This document shows positions 48,759 to 58,557 of a stretch of DNA of 64,000 nt, piece after piece. Numbering within the stretch: position 1 is the stretch's first letter; each line of letters opens with the position of its first letter. Under the pieces are notes generated by a model that was given only the letters and a program-made list of their open reading frames with translations, did no database searches and was not told the origin of the DNA. Position numbers and translations under genes: made by a program. This DNA comes from a virus, in IMG/VR virus record IMGVR_UViG_3300042351_000809; one strand, given 5' to 3'.

Positions 48759-49934
48759 ATGAAAATGAGATATCCATTACAAACAGATAATTTTACTTTA
48801 TGGGATAGAATCAAGGCTGCATTTTTCGTTTTAAATAAAAACAACAGGCTAACTACTGGCCCTAAAGTCATAGAATTAGAAAGAAAGTGGGAACAGATTT
48901 CTGGCCCAGATACTAAATGTGTAGCTGTCTCTTCAGGTTCTACAGCTAATCATCTTTTGGTAGAGACTTTTATTCAGAGCCTTAATCTTAATCCAAAAGA
49001 TATAACTGTTTTTGTCCCTTCTACAACGTGGGCATCATCTATAAGCCCTTGGATAATGAGAGGGTGTAAAATTGTTTTTGTAGATATTAATCTTACTGAT
49101 TTTAGCTTTGACTATAAAGAACTAGAAAAGAAACTAGAAAGCGCAAAAAACTCTAAAAAAGTAAAAGTAATTTGGCCTACTGCTTTAATTGGCTTTATAC
49201 CTGATATCGAAAAGCTAAATGAATTAAAAGAAAAACACAACGCTTATCTGTTTGCTGATCTTTGTGAAACAACGATGGGAGAATATCTCGGCAAGAACAT
49301 TCTTCGTTGTTTTGACATGGCAACAACTTCTTTCTTTTGGGCGCATCAAATTTGCGGCATTGAAATGGGAATGCTTTTCATGCAAGAGAGCTTTATTAAG
49401 AATAGTGAATTCTATATCAATGCTCAAATGATTCGAAGTCACGGATTGACTAGAGTTCTTCCAAAGGAAAACAATGTTAGACAATACATAGAGAAGAATA
49501 ACCCAGATGTTGATCCTGAGTTCTTATTTTATAAAGTTGGCACAAATTATAGAACGACAGACTTAAATGCTTTTTTTGCTTTGATGGATACTGAAAGATA
49601 TTATAAATATATAAATCAAAGAAAAGAAACATGGCAATACTTTGTTTCAAGTCTTCCATGTGATTATATAAAACCCAATATTAATATCGTACCTTTTTGC
49701 TTGCCAATTATTAATGCAAACAAAGACATCAAAGAATTAAAGAGAAATCTAAATAAAAACGGTTGGGAAACGCGACCAATTATATGCTTTTTGCCAATAA
49801 ACCCTGCGTTTAAAGAATATGCAGGAAACGACACTTTCCCCAATAGTTCATTTTTAAATAAAAATGGTTTCTATGTTGGATTAAATAAAGATATTTCTAA
49901 AGCAGAAATCGACCAGTTGATTTCATTACTATGA
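48759..49934 (+). CDS. DegT/DnrJ-family PLP enzyme, ColD/E3-like (His replaces the catalytic Lys)
   Basis: SSGSTAN, DLCETTMG, SFFWAHQICGIEMG, RSHG, NYR, ETRPI. Confidence 0.85.
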   Translation: MKMRYPLQTDNFTLWDRIKAAFFVLNKNNRLTTGPKVIELERKWEQISGPDTKCVAVSSGSTANHLLVETFIQSLNLNPKDITVFVPSTTWASSISPWIMRGCKIVFVDINLTDFSFDYKELEKKLESAKNSKKVKVIWPTALIGFIPDIEKLNELKEKHNAYLFADLCETTMGEYLGKNILRCFDMATTSFFWAHQICGIEMGMLFMQESFIKNSEFYINAQMIRSHGLTRVLPKENNVRQYIEKNNPDVDPEFLFYKVGTNYRTTDLNAFFALMDTERYYKYINQRKETWQYFVSSLPCDYIKPNINIVPFCLPIINANKDIKELKRNLNKNGWETRPIICFLPINPAFKEYAGNDTFPNSSFLNKNGFYVGLNKDISKAEIDQLISLL

Positions 49935-50851
49935 AAATAGCCACATTTGGAGCAAGATTTTTTGGAGGTCAAATATCTAGAATAGAAGATGGCTTTCATC
50001 AACTAGGACATGAGATAAATTTTGAATCTCCTGATGTAATTTTTAGCAATGATCCCGGTTTTTACGAAGAAGCTTATAATCTAAAACAAAAGAATCCAAA
50101 AGCCAAACTAATATTTAATGTATTAGATTTGCCTCCTCATTATATCGATGGATCAAAATATGACATTTCAAGATACGCTCATATACACAATCCAAACAGA
50201 GATTTTAATCCAGAAAAAATAACTAACTGGCTTAAAAAAGCAGACATTATCACCTGCATTTGTGCAGAGGTTCAATGGCAAATAAAAAACTGGTGCGGCT
50301 TTGACAGTATTGTCATTCACAATCCAATCAAAGATGTATCTTATAAAAATATTTCTTATCAAGAAAAAATAAGAAACAAAGAAGGCAGACCTTATAAATA
50401 CCTATATGTAGGTAGAGCTTGTGACATGAATAAAAGATTCAGACTTGTTTATGAAGCTATTGTAAAACTTGGAGGGAATTCAAACTCTTTAGCAATCGTA
50501 GGCTCAGAAAATCCGGGCTGGGGAGATTACTATGGTGTGCTTGAGGATGATATCCTTAATTATTTTTATAACTCTGTAGAGTATTTAATGTTTCCTTCTG
50601 CTTTTAAATCTATCGGATTACCTGCTCTTGAAGCTGTGGTATGTCAAACTATTCCAATTGTAACAAATGACGATCCAGTAACAAAAGAGTTCTGGTCAGA
50701 AATAGGAGTAGATACAGATAAAATTGCAGAAAGTATCGCTGATCCGATTTGGAACAATAAAGCAAAAGAGTTTGTTAAAAAGAATAGCGAAGCATATAAA
50801 CAAAAATTTGATAAAGCCACCATTGCTAATAATATATTAAATCTAGTATGA
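49931..50851 (+). CDS. GT4-like glycosyltransferase
   Basis: YVGR....KR, FYN.....FPS....GLPALEA. Confidence 0.75.
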   Translation: MKIATFGARFFGGQISRIEDGFHQLGHEINFESPDVIFSNDPGFYEEAYNLKQKNPKAKLIFNVLDLPPHYIDGSKYDISRYAHIHNPNRDFNPEKITNWLKKADIITCICAEVQWQIKNWCGFDSIVIHNPIKDVSYKNISYQEKIRNKEGRPYKYLYVGRACDMNKRFRLVYEAIVKLGGNSNSLAIVGSENPGWGDYYGVLEDDILNYFYNSVEYLMFPSAFKSIGLPALEAVVCQTIPIVTNDDPVTKEFWSEIGVDTDKIAESIADPIWNNKAKEFVKKNSEAYKQKFDKATIANNILNLV

Positions 50852-51609
50852 AAATAGGAATTTTGGGTTGTGGATATGACTGCGTTAATGATTTAGACCA
50901 GAGGCTAAAACCTTGGTTTGAAGCAGCGAAAGAATTTAATATTGTATTTTCTTTTGTATCTTGTATGTTTAAAGAATACAAAGATTTAAATGTTAATATA
51001 GACAATTCAAAGACGATTGAATATTTTAATGTTCTAAAAAATAATGGTACTATACAGCATTTTAATACCTCTTCAGAAGCTCTGCTTGAATCTGACGCAA
51101 GAAACTTAGCCTTATTTCCCCTATTGTCTGACAATGTTGACTGCGTTTGGTTGCTGGATCTAAGCGATGAGTATTATTCTTTGAACGACATTAAATCGAT
51201 TATTTCTTATATTAAGAACGATAAGTTCAATCAATGGTATGGGATTAATTTTAAGAACTATATCTTAGATGGCAAACAATGGATTGATGACTTCTGTCCA
51301 CCAAGAATATTCTTTAATTCAAGAGGCTTAAAGGTTGTTAAATTTTATTGGGATAATGACCTCATTTATTCTAATGGTCGTGACGAATTAAATTATAAGT
51401 ATCTAGTCAATCAAAAAATACCTAAACACTTTGCCCATGTCCGTCATATGACTTGGCTTCATTCTAATGGTAAACTAAAGGTGGAATACCAGAATAAACA
51501 TTTTGGTCATTGTTCTTATAAGTGGAATTATTCTACTAATGAATTAGAAATCGACAGAAGTTTTTTTGTAAAAAACAATATCCCGCAACCTATAATACAT
51601 TTAGATTAA
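50848..51609 (+). CDS. GT2-like glycosyltransferase
   Basis: E..ARN.AL...VW.LD..DE.Y, PPRIF, H..W. Confidence 0.65.
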   Translation: MKIGILGCGYDCVNDLDQRLKPWFEAAKEFNIVFSFVSCMFKEYKDLNVNIDNSKTIEYFNVLKNNGTIQHFNTSSEALLESDARNLALFPLLSDNVDCVWLLDLSDEYYSLNDIKSIISYIKNDKFNQWYGINFKNYILDGKQWIDDFCPPRIFFNSRGLKVVKFYWDNDLIYSNGRDELNYKYLVNQKIPKHFAHVRHMTWLHSNGKLKVEYQNKHFGHCSYKWNYSTNELEIDRSFFVKNNIPQPIIHLD

Positions 51610-51948
51610 ATGATTAATCTTTGCGTAGATGAAGCTTATGCTTTTGATTATTTAAGCATACTACAGATAAAAAGTGGTCGATCAGAACAAGCTAAACAAG
51701 CTTGGCAAAACTGCTATAATTATCTAAAAGCGCAATTGCCAAATGACTTGTTTATCCAAATTATTAACTCACAAGAATATGAAAATGTGCTATCAGTTAA
51801 TAAGAAAACTTTTGATGCTGTTGAGCTTGCTAGATATGGTAATATCTCAGCAAAAGAAGTTGATAGCGCGAACATGGAACGTCATTACGCGAAAATAGCA
51901 TTACAAAAAAGATTTTTTCTCACTAATCTAACGGAACAAAAAACATGA
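51610..51948 (+). CDS. Hypothetical helical protein associated with glycosylation clusters
   Basis: D.LSIL.IK...L..N...D...N.ER...K. Confidence 0.6.
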   Translation: MINLCVDEAYAFDYLSILQIKSGRSEQAKQAWQNCYNYLKAQLPNDLFIQIINSQEYENVLSVNKKTFDAVELARYGNISAKEVDSANMERHYAKIALQKRFFLTNLTEQKT

Positions 51949-52994
51949 AAAACGTAATAATTACAGGAATTTCTGGTCAAGATGGTTCTTACATGGTAGA
52001 CTATCTTATTGAGAATACTGATCTTAATATATTCGGAGCCGTTAGGAGGCTTTCTAAACCAAACTATTCTAATTTTCAACAGCATCTTAATAACAAAAGA
52101 TTTAACTTGGTAACTCTTGATCTTTCTGATTCTCAATCTATTGATAATGTTGTAAGAGAAGTTAAGCCTGATTATTTTATCAATTTCGCTGCCCAATCTT
52201 TCGTTGGTTCAAGCTGGCAAATTCCAGAACAAACGTTTGACGCAGGAGCTATGGGCGTGATAAGATGTCTTGAGGCGATTCATAAGCACTCTCCTTCTTG
52301 CAGATTTTATAATGCTGGAAGCTCTGAAGAGTTTGGAGATGTAAAGTATGCTCCTCAAGATGAAAAACATCCTCTTTCGCCAAGATCTCCTTATGGTGCT
52401 GCAAAATGTGCCGCAAGACATATTGTTAAAGTGTATCGTGAGTCTTATAATCTTTTTGCAATTCAAGGATATCTTTTTAATCACGAATCTCCAAGAAGAG
52501 GAGAAGAGTTTGTAACTAGAAAAGTTACTAAAGGCGTAGCAAGAATCATTAAAGCTATCAACAAAGGAGAATCATTTGAACCAATTCGTCTTGGAAATGT
52601 TGACGCAAAGAGAGACTGGAGCCATGCTTTTGATTTCGTAGACGGTGTTTGGAAGATGTTAAATCAAGAAAAGCCAAACGAATACGTTCTCTCTAGCAAT
52701 GAAACTCATACAATTAGAGAATTTATTGAGCTTGCTTTTAAAGAAGTAGGAGTAGAAGGTTTTTGGCATGGACAAGGAACCAACGAAGAATACTCTATTT
52801 CGACTGAATACGCCATCAGGAACGAAGTCAACTCATCTGTACTGGTCAAAATCGATCCAAAGTTCTTTCGCCCAGCAGAAGTTGAGCTTTTGCTTGGTGA
52901 CTCAAATAGAGCTAGACAAGAACTTGGCTGGAATCCAAAATGGTCCTTCCGCCAATTAGTAAAGGATATGGTCGCTTCTGATTTGAACTCTTAA
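51945..52994 (+). CDS. gmd: GDP-mannose 4,6-dehydratase
   Basis: ITGISGQDGSY, AAQSFV, SSEEFG, PRSPYGAAK, FNHESPRRG.EFVTRK, RDW, FRPAEV.LL.GD. Confidence 0.97.
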   Translation: MKNVIITGISGQDGSYMVDYLIENTDLNIFGAVRRLSKPNYSNFQQHLNNKRFNLVTLDLSDSQSIDNVVREVKPDYFINFAAQSFVGSSWQIPEQTFDAGAMGVIRCLEAIHKHSPSCRFYNAGSSEEFGDVKYAPQDEKHPLSPRSPYGAAKCAARHIVKVYRESYNLFAIQGYLFNHESPRRGEEFVTRKVTKGVARIIKAINKGESFEPIRLGNVDAKRDWSHAFDFVDGVWKMLNQEKPNEYVLSSNETHTIREFIELAFKEVGVEGFWHGQGTNEEYSISTEYAIRNEVNSSVLVKIDPKFFRPAEVELLLGDSNRARQELGWNPKWSFRQLVKDMVASDLNS

Positions 52995-52995
52995 A

Positions 52996-53388
52996 ATGGC
53001 AAATTGTAAAGACATTGTTGTAAAATTTGTAAAAGAAGGACATATAGACTGGTCTAGGGATATGAAAGCCGCTTCAAGGCTTTTGAAAAAATTCCCTAAT
53101 AAGGATTTTTGGGATTGGGTCGAGCCTTATCCCTTGGTTCCTAATCTTCACTTTTTACAGTCCAAAGAGAGTTTAGAAATACTAAACAATAGATATAAGC
53201 TTTTTCTTCAACAAAAAGACCTCAAGGAGTCTAAAGAAAAGCTCAAAGAAAGCTTTGACTCAAAGCTTGCGGTAGGCTATAATGAACTAAGCGGCAAAGT
53301 GGGCGAAGATATTCCCATTGTAAAAAAGCCCAAAACTTTAAAAGAATTCCTGAATTATGGCAAGACCTCCGAAACAGCAGCAAGCTGA
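52996..53388 (+). CDS. Hypothetical protein; contains an internal TTGACT-17-TATAAT promoter (53255-53283) for recA
   Basis: ORF plus a near-consensus promoter. Confidence 0.6.
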   Translation: MANCKDIVVKFVKEGHIDWSRDMKAASRLLKKFPNKDFWDWVEPYPLVPNLHFLQSKESLEILNNRYKLFLQQKDLKESKEKLKESFDSKLAVGYNELSGKVGEDIPIVKKPKTLKEFLNYGKTSETAAS

Positions 53389-54508
53389 AGAAAAAGTATC
53401 AACAGTTGGAGCTTCAAGCAGACTCCAAGCGATTTTAAATAATAAAGATCATAAAGATGATCATTTTAATTTTGAAGAAGCAGTTACTTGGAAGATCTCG
53501 ACTGGCAGTCTTCTCTTGGATGCAGCAGTTGGTGGAGGCATCACTCCTTCTCTAATTCGTCTTTGCGGACCAAATAACGAAGGCAAAACTCCGCAAGCTC
53601 TAGAAATTTGCAGAAATTTCCTTGCAGAAATCCCCAAGAGCAGAGTAGTTTGGGTGTTGGCAGAAGGACGTTTGTCCAAGGAGAACAGAGAGCGTTGCGG
53701 GATGAAGTTCGTTACCGACGCTTCTGAATGGACTGACGGCTCTGTCTTCATTCTAGAATCAAATGTCTATGATTTAGTAATTGACGTTATTAAAGATCTT
53801 GTTCTTAATAATGCAGAAGATCATCGTTATTGTTTTGTGATTGATTCTATGGACGGTCTTATCTTGAAGAGGGACAAGGACACCAGCCCAGCAGACGCAA
53901 GCAAAGTTGCAGGAACTCAAGTTATCAGCAAAAAGCTTTTGCAGTCACTAAGTATTGGAATGTTCAAGCATGGTCACTTGATGATTGCTATTAGTCAGAT
54001 TACTTCTGAAATTAAGATCGATCCTTATGCCAAGAATGCTCCAAGAGGAGGAATGTTTAGCGGCGGAAACGCGCTCTTGCATTGGGCAGACTTTATCCTA
54101 GAGTACAGCCCAACAGCAATGGGAGACTATATCCTTGACAATCCATCAGGCAAAATGAATGATGGCAAGACTAAATCAATTGGAAAATATTCCAAAGTAA
54201 TGATTCAGAAGTCTACCAGTGAAGCCACGCGCAAGAACATTATTCAGTATCCAATTAAATTCGGTAAAAAGCCCTCCGGTATTTGGGTCGAGTATGAGAT
54301 TCTTGATTGCTTGTTGATGTGGGATCTTGTTGTCGCAAAGGGCGCATGGATTACCGTTGATAATTCTTTAATTGAAGAATTGAAAACTGTTGGAATTGAT
54401 ATGCCAAAGCAACATCAAGGAAGAGAGAATTTCAGAAAATGGCTTGAAGAAAATGCTGACGCTACTAAGCATTTGTTCAACAAGCTTAAAGCTGTTCAAT
54501 CAAAATGA
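53357..54508 (+). CDS. recA: RecA/UvsX-like recombinase
   Basis: ISTGSLLLD..VGGG, Walker A GPNNEGKT, VIDS, ISQ, SGGNAL.H, KGAW. Confidence 0.88.
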   Translation: MARPPKQQQAEEKVSTVGASSRLQAILNNKDHKDDHFNFEEAVTWKISTGSLLLDAAVGGGITPSLIRLCGPNNEGKTPQALEICRNFLAEIPKSRVVWVLAEGRLSKENRERCGMKFVTDASEWTDGSVFILESNVYDLVIDVIKDLVLNNAEDHRYCFVIDSMDGLILKRDKDTSPADASKVAGTQVISKKLLQSLSIGMFKHGHLMIAISQITSEIKIDPYAKNAPRGGMFSGGNALLHWADFILEYSPTAMGDYILDNPSGKMNDGKTKSIGKYSKVMIQKSTSEATRKNIIQYPIKFGKKPSGIWVEYEILDCLLMWDLVVAKGAWITVDNSLIEELKTVGIDMPKQHQGRENFRKWLEENADATKHLFNKLKAVQSK

Positions 54509-54924
54509 AGCTTTATTCTGTAACCGGCAGAATAATTAACAAAAATGTTTCTCAATTTTTAATAGATTGGGAAAAAGAGTCTCGTTCTAAAATTCAATTT
54601 CAAGTAAAGCAATTCTTGAAACCGTTTTGGAAGACTCACGTTTGTTATGAAGAGTTTCCGGTTTTCGGAAGCAGAATGAAGGTTGATTTTATTAACGCCT
54701 CTCGCAAAATTGCGATAGAAGTAAATGGCGACCAACATTCTTCTTTTAATAAATTCTTTCATAATAATTCAAGATTAAATTACCTTAATTCTATTAAGAG
54801 AGATTACAAAAAGTCTGTGTGGCTAGAGAAGAACGGTTTTCAATTAATAGAATTAGAGACTAGCGATTTAAATAAATTAAGCTATGATTACATAAATCAT
54901 ACATTTAATATATCGTTGGTGTAA
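54505..54924 (+). CDS. DUF559/Vsr-like endonuclease
   Basis: EE.P......VDF......AIEV.G.QH...RD..K..W. Confidence 0.75.
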   Translation: MKLYSVTGRIINKNVSQFLIDWEKESRSKIQFQVKQFLKPFWKTHVCYEEFPVFGSRMKVDFINASRKIAIEVNGDQHSSFNKFFHNNSRLNYLNSIKRDYKKSVWLEKNGFQLIELETSDLNKLSYDYINHTFNISLV

Positions 54925-54932
54925 TATACTGT

Positions 54933-55214
54933 GTGGCAAAAAATAAAGAATTTCATTTCCCAGAAAGCATTCTATCACAGATAGATGAATGTTCGCAGGG
55001 AGGATTTTTGCTCTTTACCTTTGACAAAAAAGGTATGCCTGAAGTAAGGTCTAAATTCGATAATGCACAAAACGCAATGGCGATGCATTATTATATCAAT
55101 AATTGGCTTAGTGCTGTTGAGCAGATTAACTTAGAAAACACTATTCACAACATTATTGCCTCTGATCAAGAAGATGAAGACGGTGAAGATGAAGACGGTC
55201 CTGCTAGTAAGTAA
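54933..55214 (+). CDS. Small acidic hypothetical protein upstream of the helicase
   Basis: 93-aa ORF with a D/E-rich tail, preceded by a GTGTAA motif. Confidence 0.6.
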   Translation: MAKNKEFHFPESILSQIDECSQGGFLLFTFDKKGMPEVRSKFDNAQNAMAMHYYINNWLSAVEQINLENTIHNIIASDQEDEDGEDEDGPASK

Positions 55215-55230
55215 CTCTTTTTTTAGTTAA

Positions 55231-56715
55231 ATGAAGCTTTCCTCTATTAAAGTAGAGCAGCACTTGCTTGGTGCGCTCATTAAAAACCCAGAAGCATTCT
55301 ACGATTTAGATCATTTTATATCAGAAATTGATTTTACAAATGATGTAAATGGAACAGTTTATTCTGTAATTCGACAACTTTGTAATTCCAAAGAGAAAAT
55401 TGACAAAGTAATATTAGCTCAAAAGATTCAGAATCTCGGAATCTCATTTCAAGAAGATCTTGATATATATGACTATATTGACTGTATTTCTTTGCCAGTA
55501 TCAAATAAAGAATCTGCTCTTAAATACGCTCAAGAGTTAAAGCAGTTTTCTATTCGCCGTGATATAAAAGGAATGGCGCAAAGAATCATAGAAACTGTTT
55601 CTACCAATCCTGATAAAAATGTTAATCAATTAATAGCTGAAGTAGATTCTATATATGGCGAAAAGATTAATTCTTTTGATGCTACTGAAGAGATAAGAAA
55701 CATCTTTGATGACATAGAGGCGTTCATAGAAGAAAAAGGTAACAACCCTCAAGATGAAGCAGGAATAGAATTACATTATCCAGAGTTTGCAAGACTCTAT
55801 GGCGGTTTAAGAAATGGAAATGTCTACGCTATCGTAAGCCGCCCCGGTCAAGGTAAAAGCTCTTTCTTAGTTGAGATGTCTCTCGGAGCTTATTTAAAGA
55901 ACAAAAAAGTTAGCGTTCTTTATCTTGATACGGAAATGTTTTCAGAAGATGTCAAGCTTCGCATTGCAGCAGCAAAGACTGGAGTTCCTTTCTGGTATAT
56001 TGACACAGGAAACTGGCGCAAGAATCCTGAAATGGTAACTAAAGTCAGAGGCTTTTTAAAAGAATTTAGTAAATATAATTATACTCATCATTGTGTTGGT
56101 AATAAAGGTATTGATGAGATTGTTTCTTTTATTCGTAGATGGTATTATAGCAAGGTTGGAAGAGGAAATCCCGCTCTTATTTGCTATGATTATGTTAAAC
56201 TTACCGGAGAAAAGGTAGGCCAAAACTGGGCAGAGCATCAAGCTATCGGTGAAAAGATCGATAAACTTAAAAAGATTTCAGAAGAAATTAATGCCCCGCT
56301 ATTCACTGCAATGCAAATGAATAGGTCTGGCGAGAATTTTAATAGGAATGCTGGAGATGTAACTGACGATAGCTCCGCAATCGCTCTATCTGATCGACTC
56401 CAATGGTTTTCGAGCTTTGTTGGAATTTTCCGAAGAAAAACTCTTGACGAAATAGAGCGCGATACGCCAGACTTTGGAACGCACAAGCTAATAACCTTGA
56501 AAAGCCGTTTCCAAGGTAAAGATGCTGCTGGACACCAAGACCTTCTTAGGAGAAGGAATGAACATGGCGATGAAAAATATGTTCAGAATTTTATCAACTT
56601 TCAGATCAACAATTTCAGTGTAGAAGAGAGAGGTTCCTTGGGCGATATTATTGAGAGAGAGCGTCAAACATTCTCGTTGAATGACGCTAATCCCAATGAT
56701 GGCACTTTGTTATGA
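55231..56715 (+). CDS. dnaB: Replicative DNA helicase
   Basis: N-domain E..LLGALI, SRPGQGKS, YLDTEM, YDY, QMNR, KSRF. Confidence 0.93.
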   Translation: MKLSSIKVEQHLLGALIKNPEAFYDLDHFISEIDFTNDVNGTVYSVIRQLCNSKEKIDKVILAQKIQNLGISFQEDLDIYDYIDCISLPVSNKESALKYAQELKQFSIRRDIKGMAQRIIETVSTNPDKNVNQLIAEVDSIYGEKINSFDATEEIRNIFDDIEAFIEEKGNNPQDEAGIELHYPEFARLYGGLRNGNVYAIVSRPGQGKSSFLVEMSLGAYLKNKKVSVLYLDTEMFSEDVKLRIAAAKTGVPFWYIDTGNWRKNPEMVTKVRGFLKEFSKYNYTHHCVGNKGIDEIVSFIRRWYYSKVGRGNPALICYDYVKLTGEKVGQNWAEHQAIGEKIDKLKKISEEINAPLFTAMQMNRSGENFNRNAGDVTDDSSAIALSDRLQWFSSFVGIFRRKTLDEIERDTPDFGTHKLITLKSRFQGKDAAGHQDLLRRRNEHGDEKYVQNFINFQINNFSVEERGSLGDIIERERQTFSLNDANPNDGTLL

Positions 56716-57629
56716 GCGATATAAAAGAAATACTTCAAAACATCGGTTATCAAAATCTTAAAGACTTCGGCGGTTGGTACAGAACTAGACCAATCTACAG
56801 GAGTTCGGATAATGATACAGTTCTAGCAATCAATAAAAATACTGGTTATTGGTATGATTATAAACTTTGCCGAGGGGGTAAGTTAAGCGAATTAGTTCAA
56901 ATCACACTTAATCTAAACGATTTAGATTATGCGGATAAGATGCTCGCCGAGAAGTTTAACTTCACGGGAATTGTCGTAAATCAAGAAAAAAATACAATCA
57001 ATCAAGTAAAGATTTATGACGAATCAATGCTCGTCAGCCTTGAAAAGAATCATGGATACTGGCTTAATAGAGGAGTTAAAGAAGAAGTCGTAGCAGAGTT
57101 TAAAGGTGGAATAGCTAAAAAAGGAAACATGATTAATCGTTATGTGTTTCCTATTTATAATCCATCTGGAAAAATTGTAGGATTTAGTGGCAGGTCACTG
57201 GTTGATTCAAAAAGACCTGATTTCATTAAATGGAAACACCTTGGAACTAAGAAGGAATGGGTCTATCCAGCCTTCTTTAGTAAAAATGCTATATCTGAAA
57301 GTGGCAGAGTTTTCTTGATTGAAAGCATTGGAGATATGCTGGCTTTATGGCAAGCTGGCTATAAGAACGTAATCATTACTTTTGGATTAGCAATCTCTCC
57401 CAAGATCACAAAATTTCTATTAGAGAACTCTGTCCAAGAAGTGGTTATTGCTTTTAATAATGATTCTTTTAATAATTCTGCTGGTAATGAAGCGGCGAAA
57501 AAAGCAAAGTCTAAGCTCTTGATGTTCTTTGACGAGAATCAGGTTAAGATAAAACTGCCTTCTCAAAAAGATTTTGGATTAATGAGCAAAAATGAGATAG
57601 ACTTATATATGAAGGAATTCAATGGATAA
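56712..57629 (+). CDS. dnaG: DnaG-like Toprim primase
   Basis: Y...RG, RYVFPI....GKIVGFSGR, KW, LIESIGD, AFNND, G..AA, KDFG. Confidence 0.85.
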   Translation: MSDIKEILQNIGYQNLKDFGGWYRTRPIYRSSDNDTVLAINKNTGYWYDYKLCRGGKLSELVQITLNLNDLDYADKMLAEKFNFTGIVVNQEKNTINQVKIYDESMLVSLEKNHGYWLNRGVKEEVVAEFKGGIAKKGNMINRYVFPIYNPSGKIVGFSGRSLVDSKRPDFIKWKHLGTKKEWVYPAFFSKNAISESGRVFLIESIGDMLALWQAGYKNVIITFGLAISPKITKFLLENSVQEVVIAFNNDSFNNSAGNEAAKKAKSKLLMFFDENQVKIKLPSQKDFGLMSKNEIDLYMKEFNG

Positions 57630-58548
57630 AAAAGAAGTCTACCTATCTGCCTCGCGTATTAAAGCTCTTGAGACTTGTTCATGGTCTTACTATTGCAAGT
57701 ACCATTTAAATATTCCTGAGAAGTCTAATTCAGGAGCGAAGCGCGGCACAATTTGCCATTTAGTATTTGAGGTACTTCTTAATCCTCGTCATAAAGATAT
57801 CTATAAGCAGATTATCTCTTCTGGCGATACTCTTTCTTGCCCACCAATATCCAGATTAGTAAATAAACACGCAACAAAGGAAGGTATTAATAACCCTGAA
57901 GACATGGCATTAATCAATAAAATGATTCTTGTCGGTCTTAAAAGCGACTTCTTTCCAAAGGGCGGAAACATTCAAAACCCAGAGTTTGAATTTAAAATTG
58001 AAAGAGAAGGTTACAAAGCTAGAGGATTTATTGATCTTCCTATCCTTTATAAGAAAGAAAAGAAGAGTAAGATTAGAGATTACAAGTCTAGCAAAGCGAA
58101 ATTCAAGGGAGAAGAGTTGACAGCCAATGTACAGGCTATGCTATACTCTATTGCTTCTAAGATCTATTGGCCTGACTATGACCCAGAAGTAGAATTCGTA
58201 TTTCTCAGGTTTCCTAAAGAACCAGTTCAGCCGGTAAAATTCTCTGATGATGAATTGTCTGGATTTGAAACTTATCTTAAGTATGTTTATGAAAAGGTAA
58301 CCAATTTCACCGAGCAAGATGCAAAGCAAAATTTTGCCGCAGATGACGTAAAGAGCAAATGGCTTTGTCAAGCAGGAGCTACTTGGGTGTGCCCATTTAA
58401 GAATGAGATGTGGTTTTATTCTATTTACGATAAGGATGATAATTTTGTAAAGAGCTACTTTACCGCAGAAGAAGCTAAAGCCGCAAAGAAAGATGACACT
58501 CAAGTCATTAAAAAGTTTAAATATGAAGGTTGCCCCAGATGGAAATAA
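57622..58548 (+). CDS. PD-(D/E)XK (RecB/Cas4-like) exonuclease
   Basis: LSASRI....C...Y, GT..H..FE, RGFID, DYKS, Q...Y, C-terminal cysteines. Confidence 0.85.
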   Translation: MDKKEVYLSASRIKALETCSWSYYCKYHLNIPEKSNSGAKRGTICHLVFEVLLNPRHKDIYKQIISSGDTLSCPPISRLVNKHATKEGINNPEDMALINKMILVGLKSDFFPKGGNIQNPEFEFKIEREGYKARGFIDLPILYKKEKKSKIRDYKSSKAKFKGEELTANVQAMLYSIASKIYWPDYDPEVEFVFLRFPKEPVQPVKFSDDELSGFETYLKYVYEKVTNFTEQDAKQNFAADDVKSKWLCQAGATWVCPFKNEMWFYSIYDKDDNFVKSYFTAEEAKAAKKDDTQVIKKFKYEGCPRWK

Positions 58549-58557
58549 CTCTTAATC

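Noticed and set aside
57622-58548. Cas4-like nuclease suggesting a CRISPR system
   Set aside because: No repeat-spacer array or other cas genes were seen; its position in the replication module fits a stand-alone phage exonuclease
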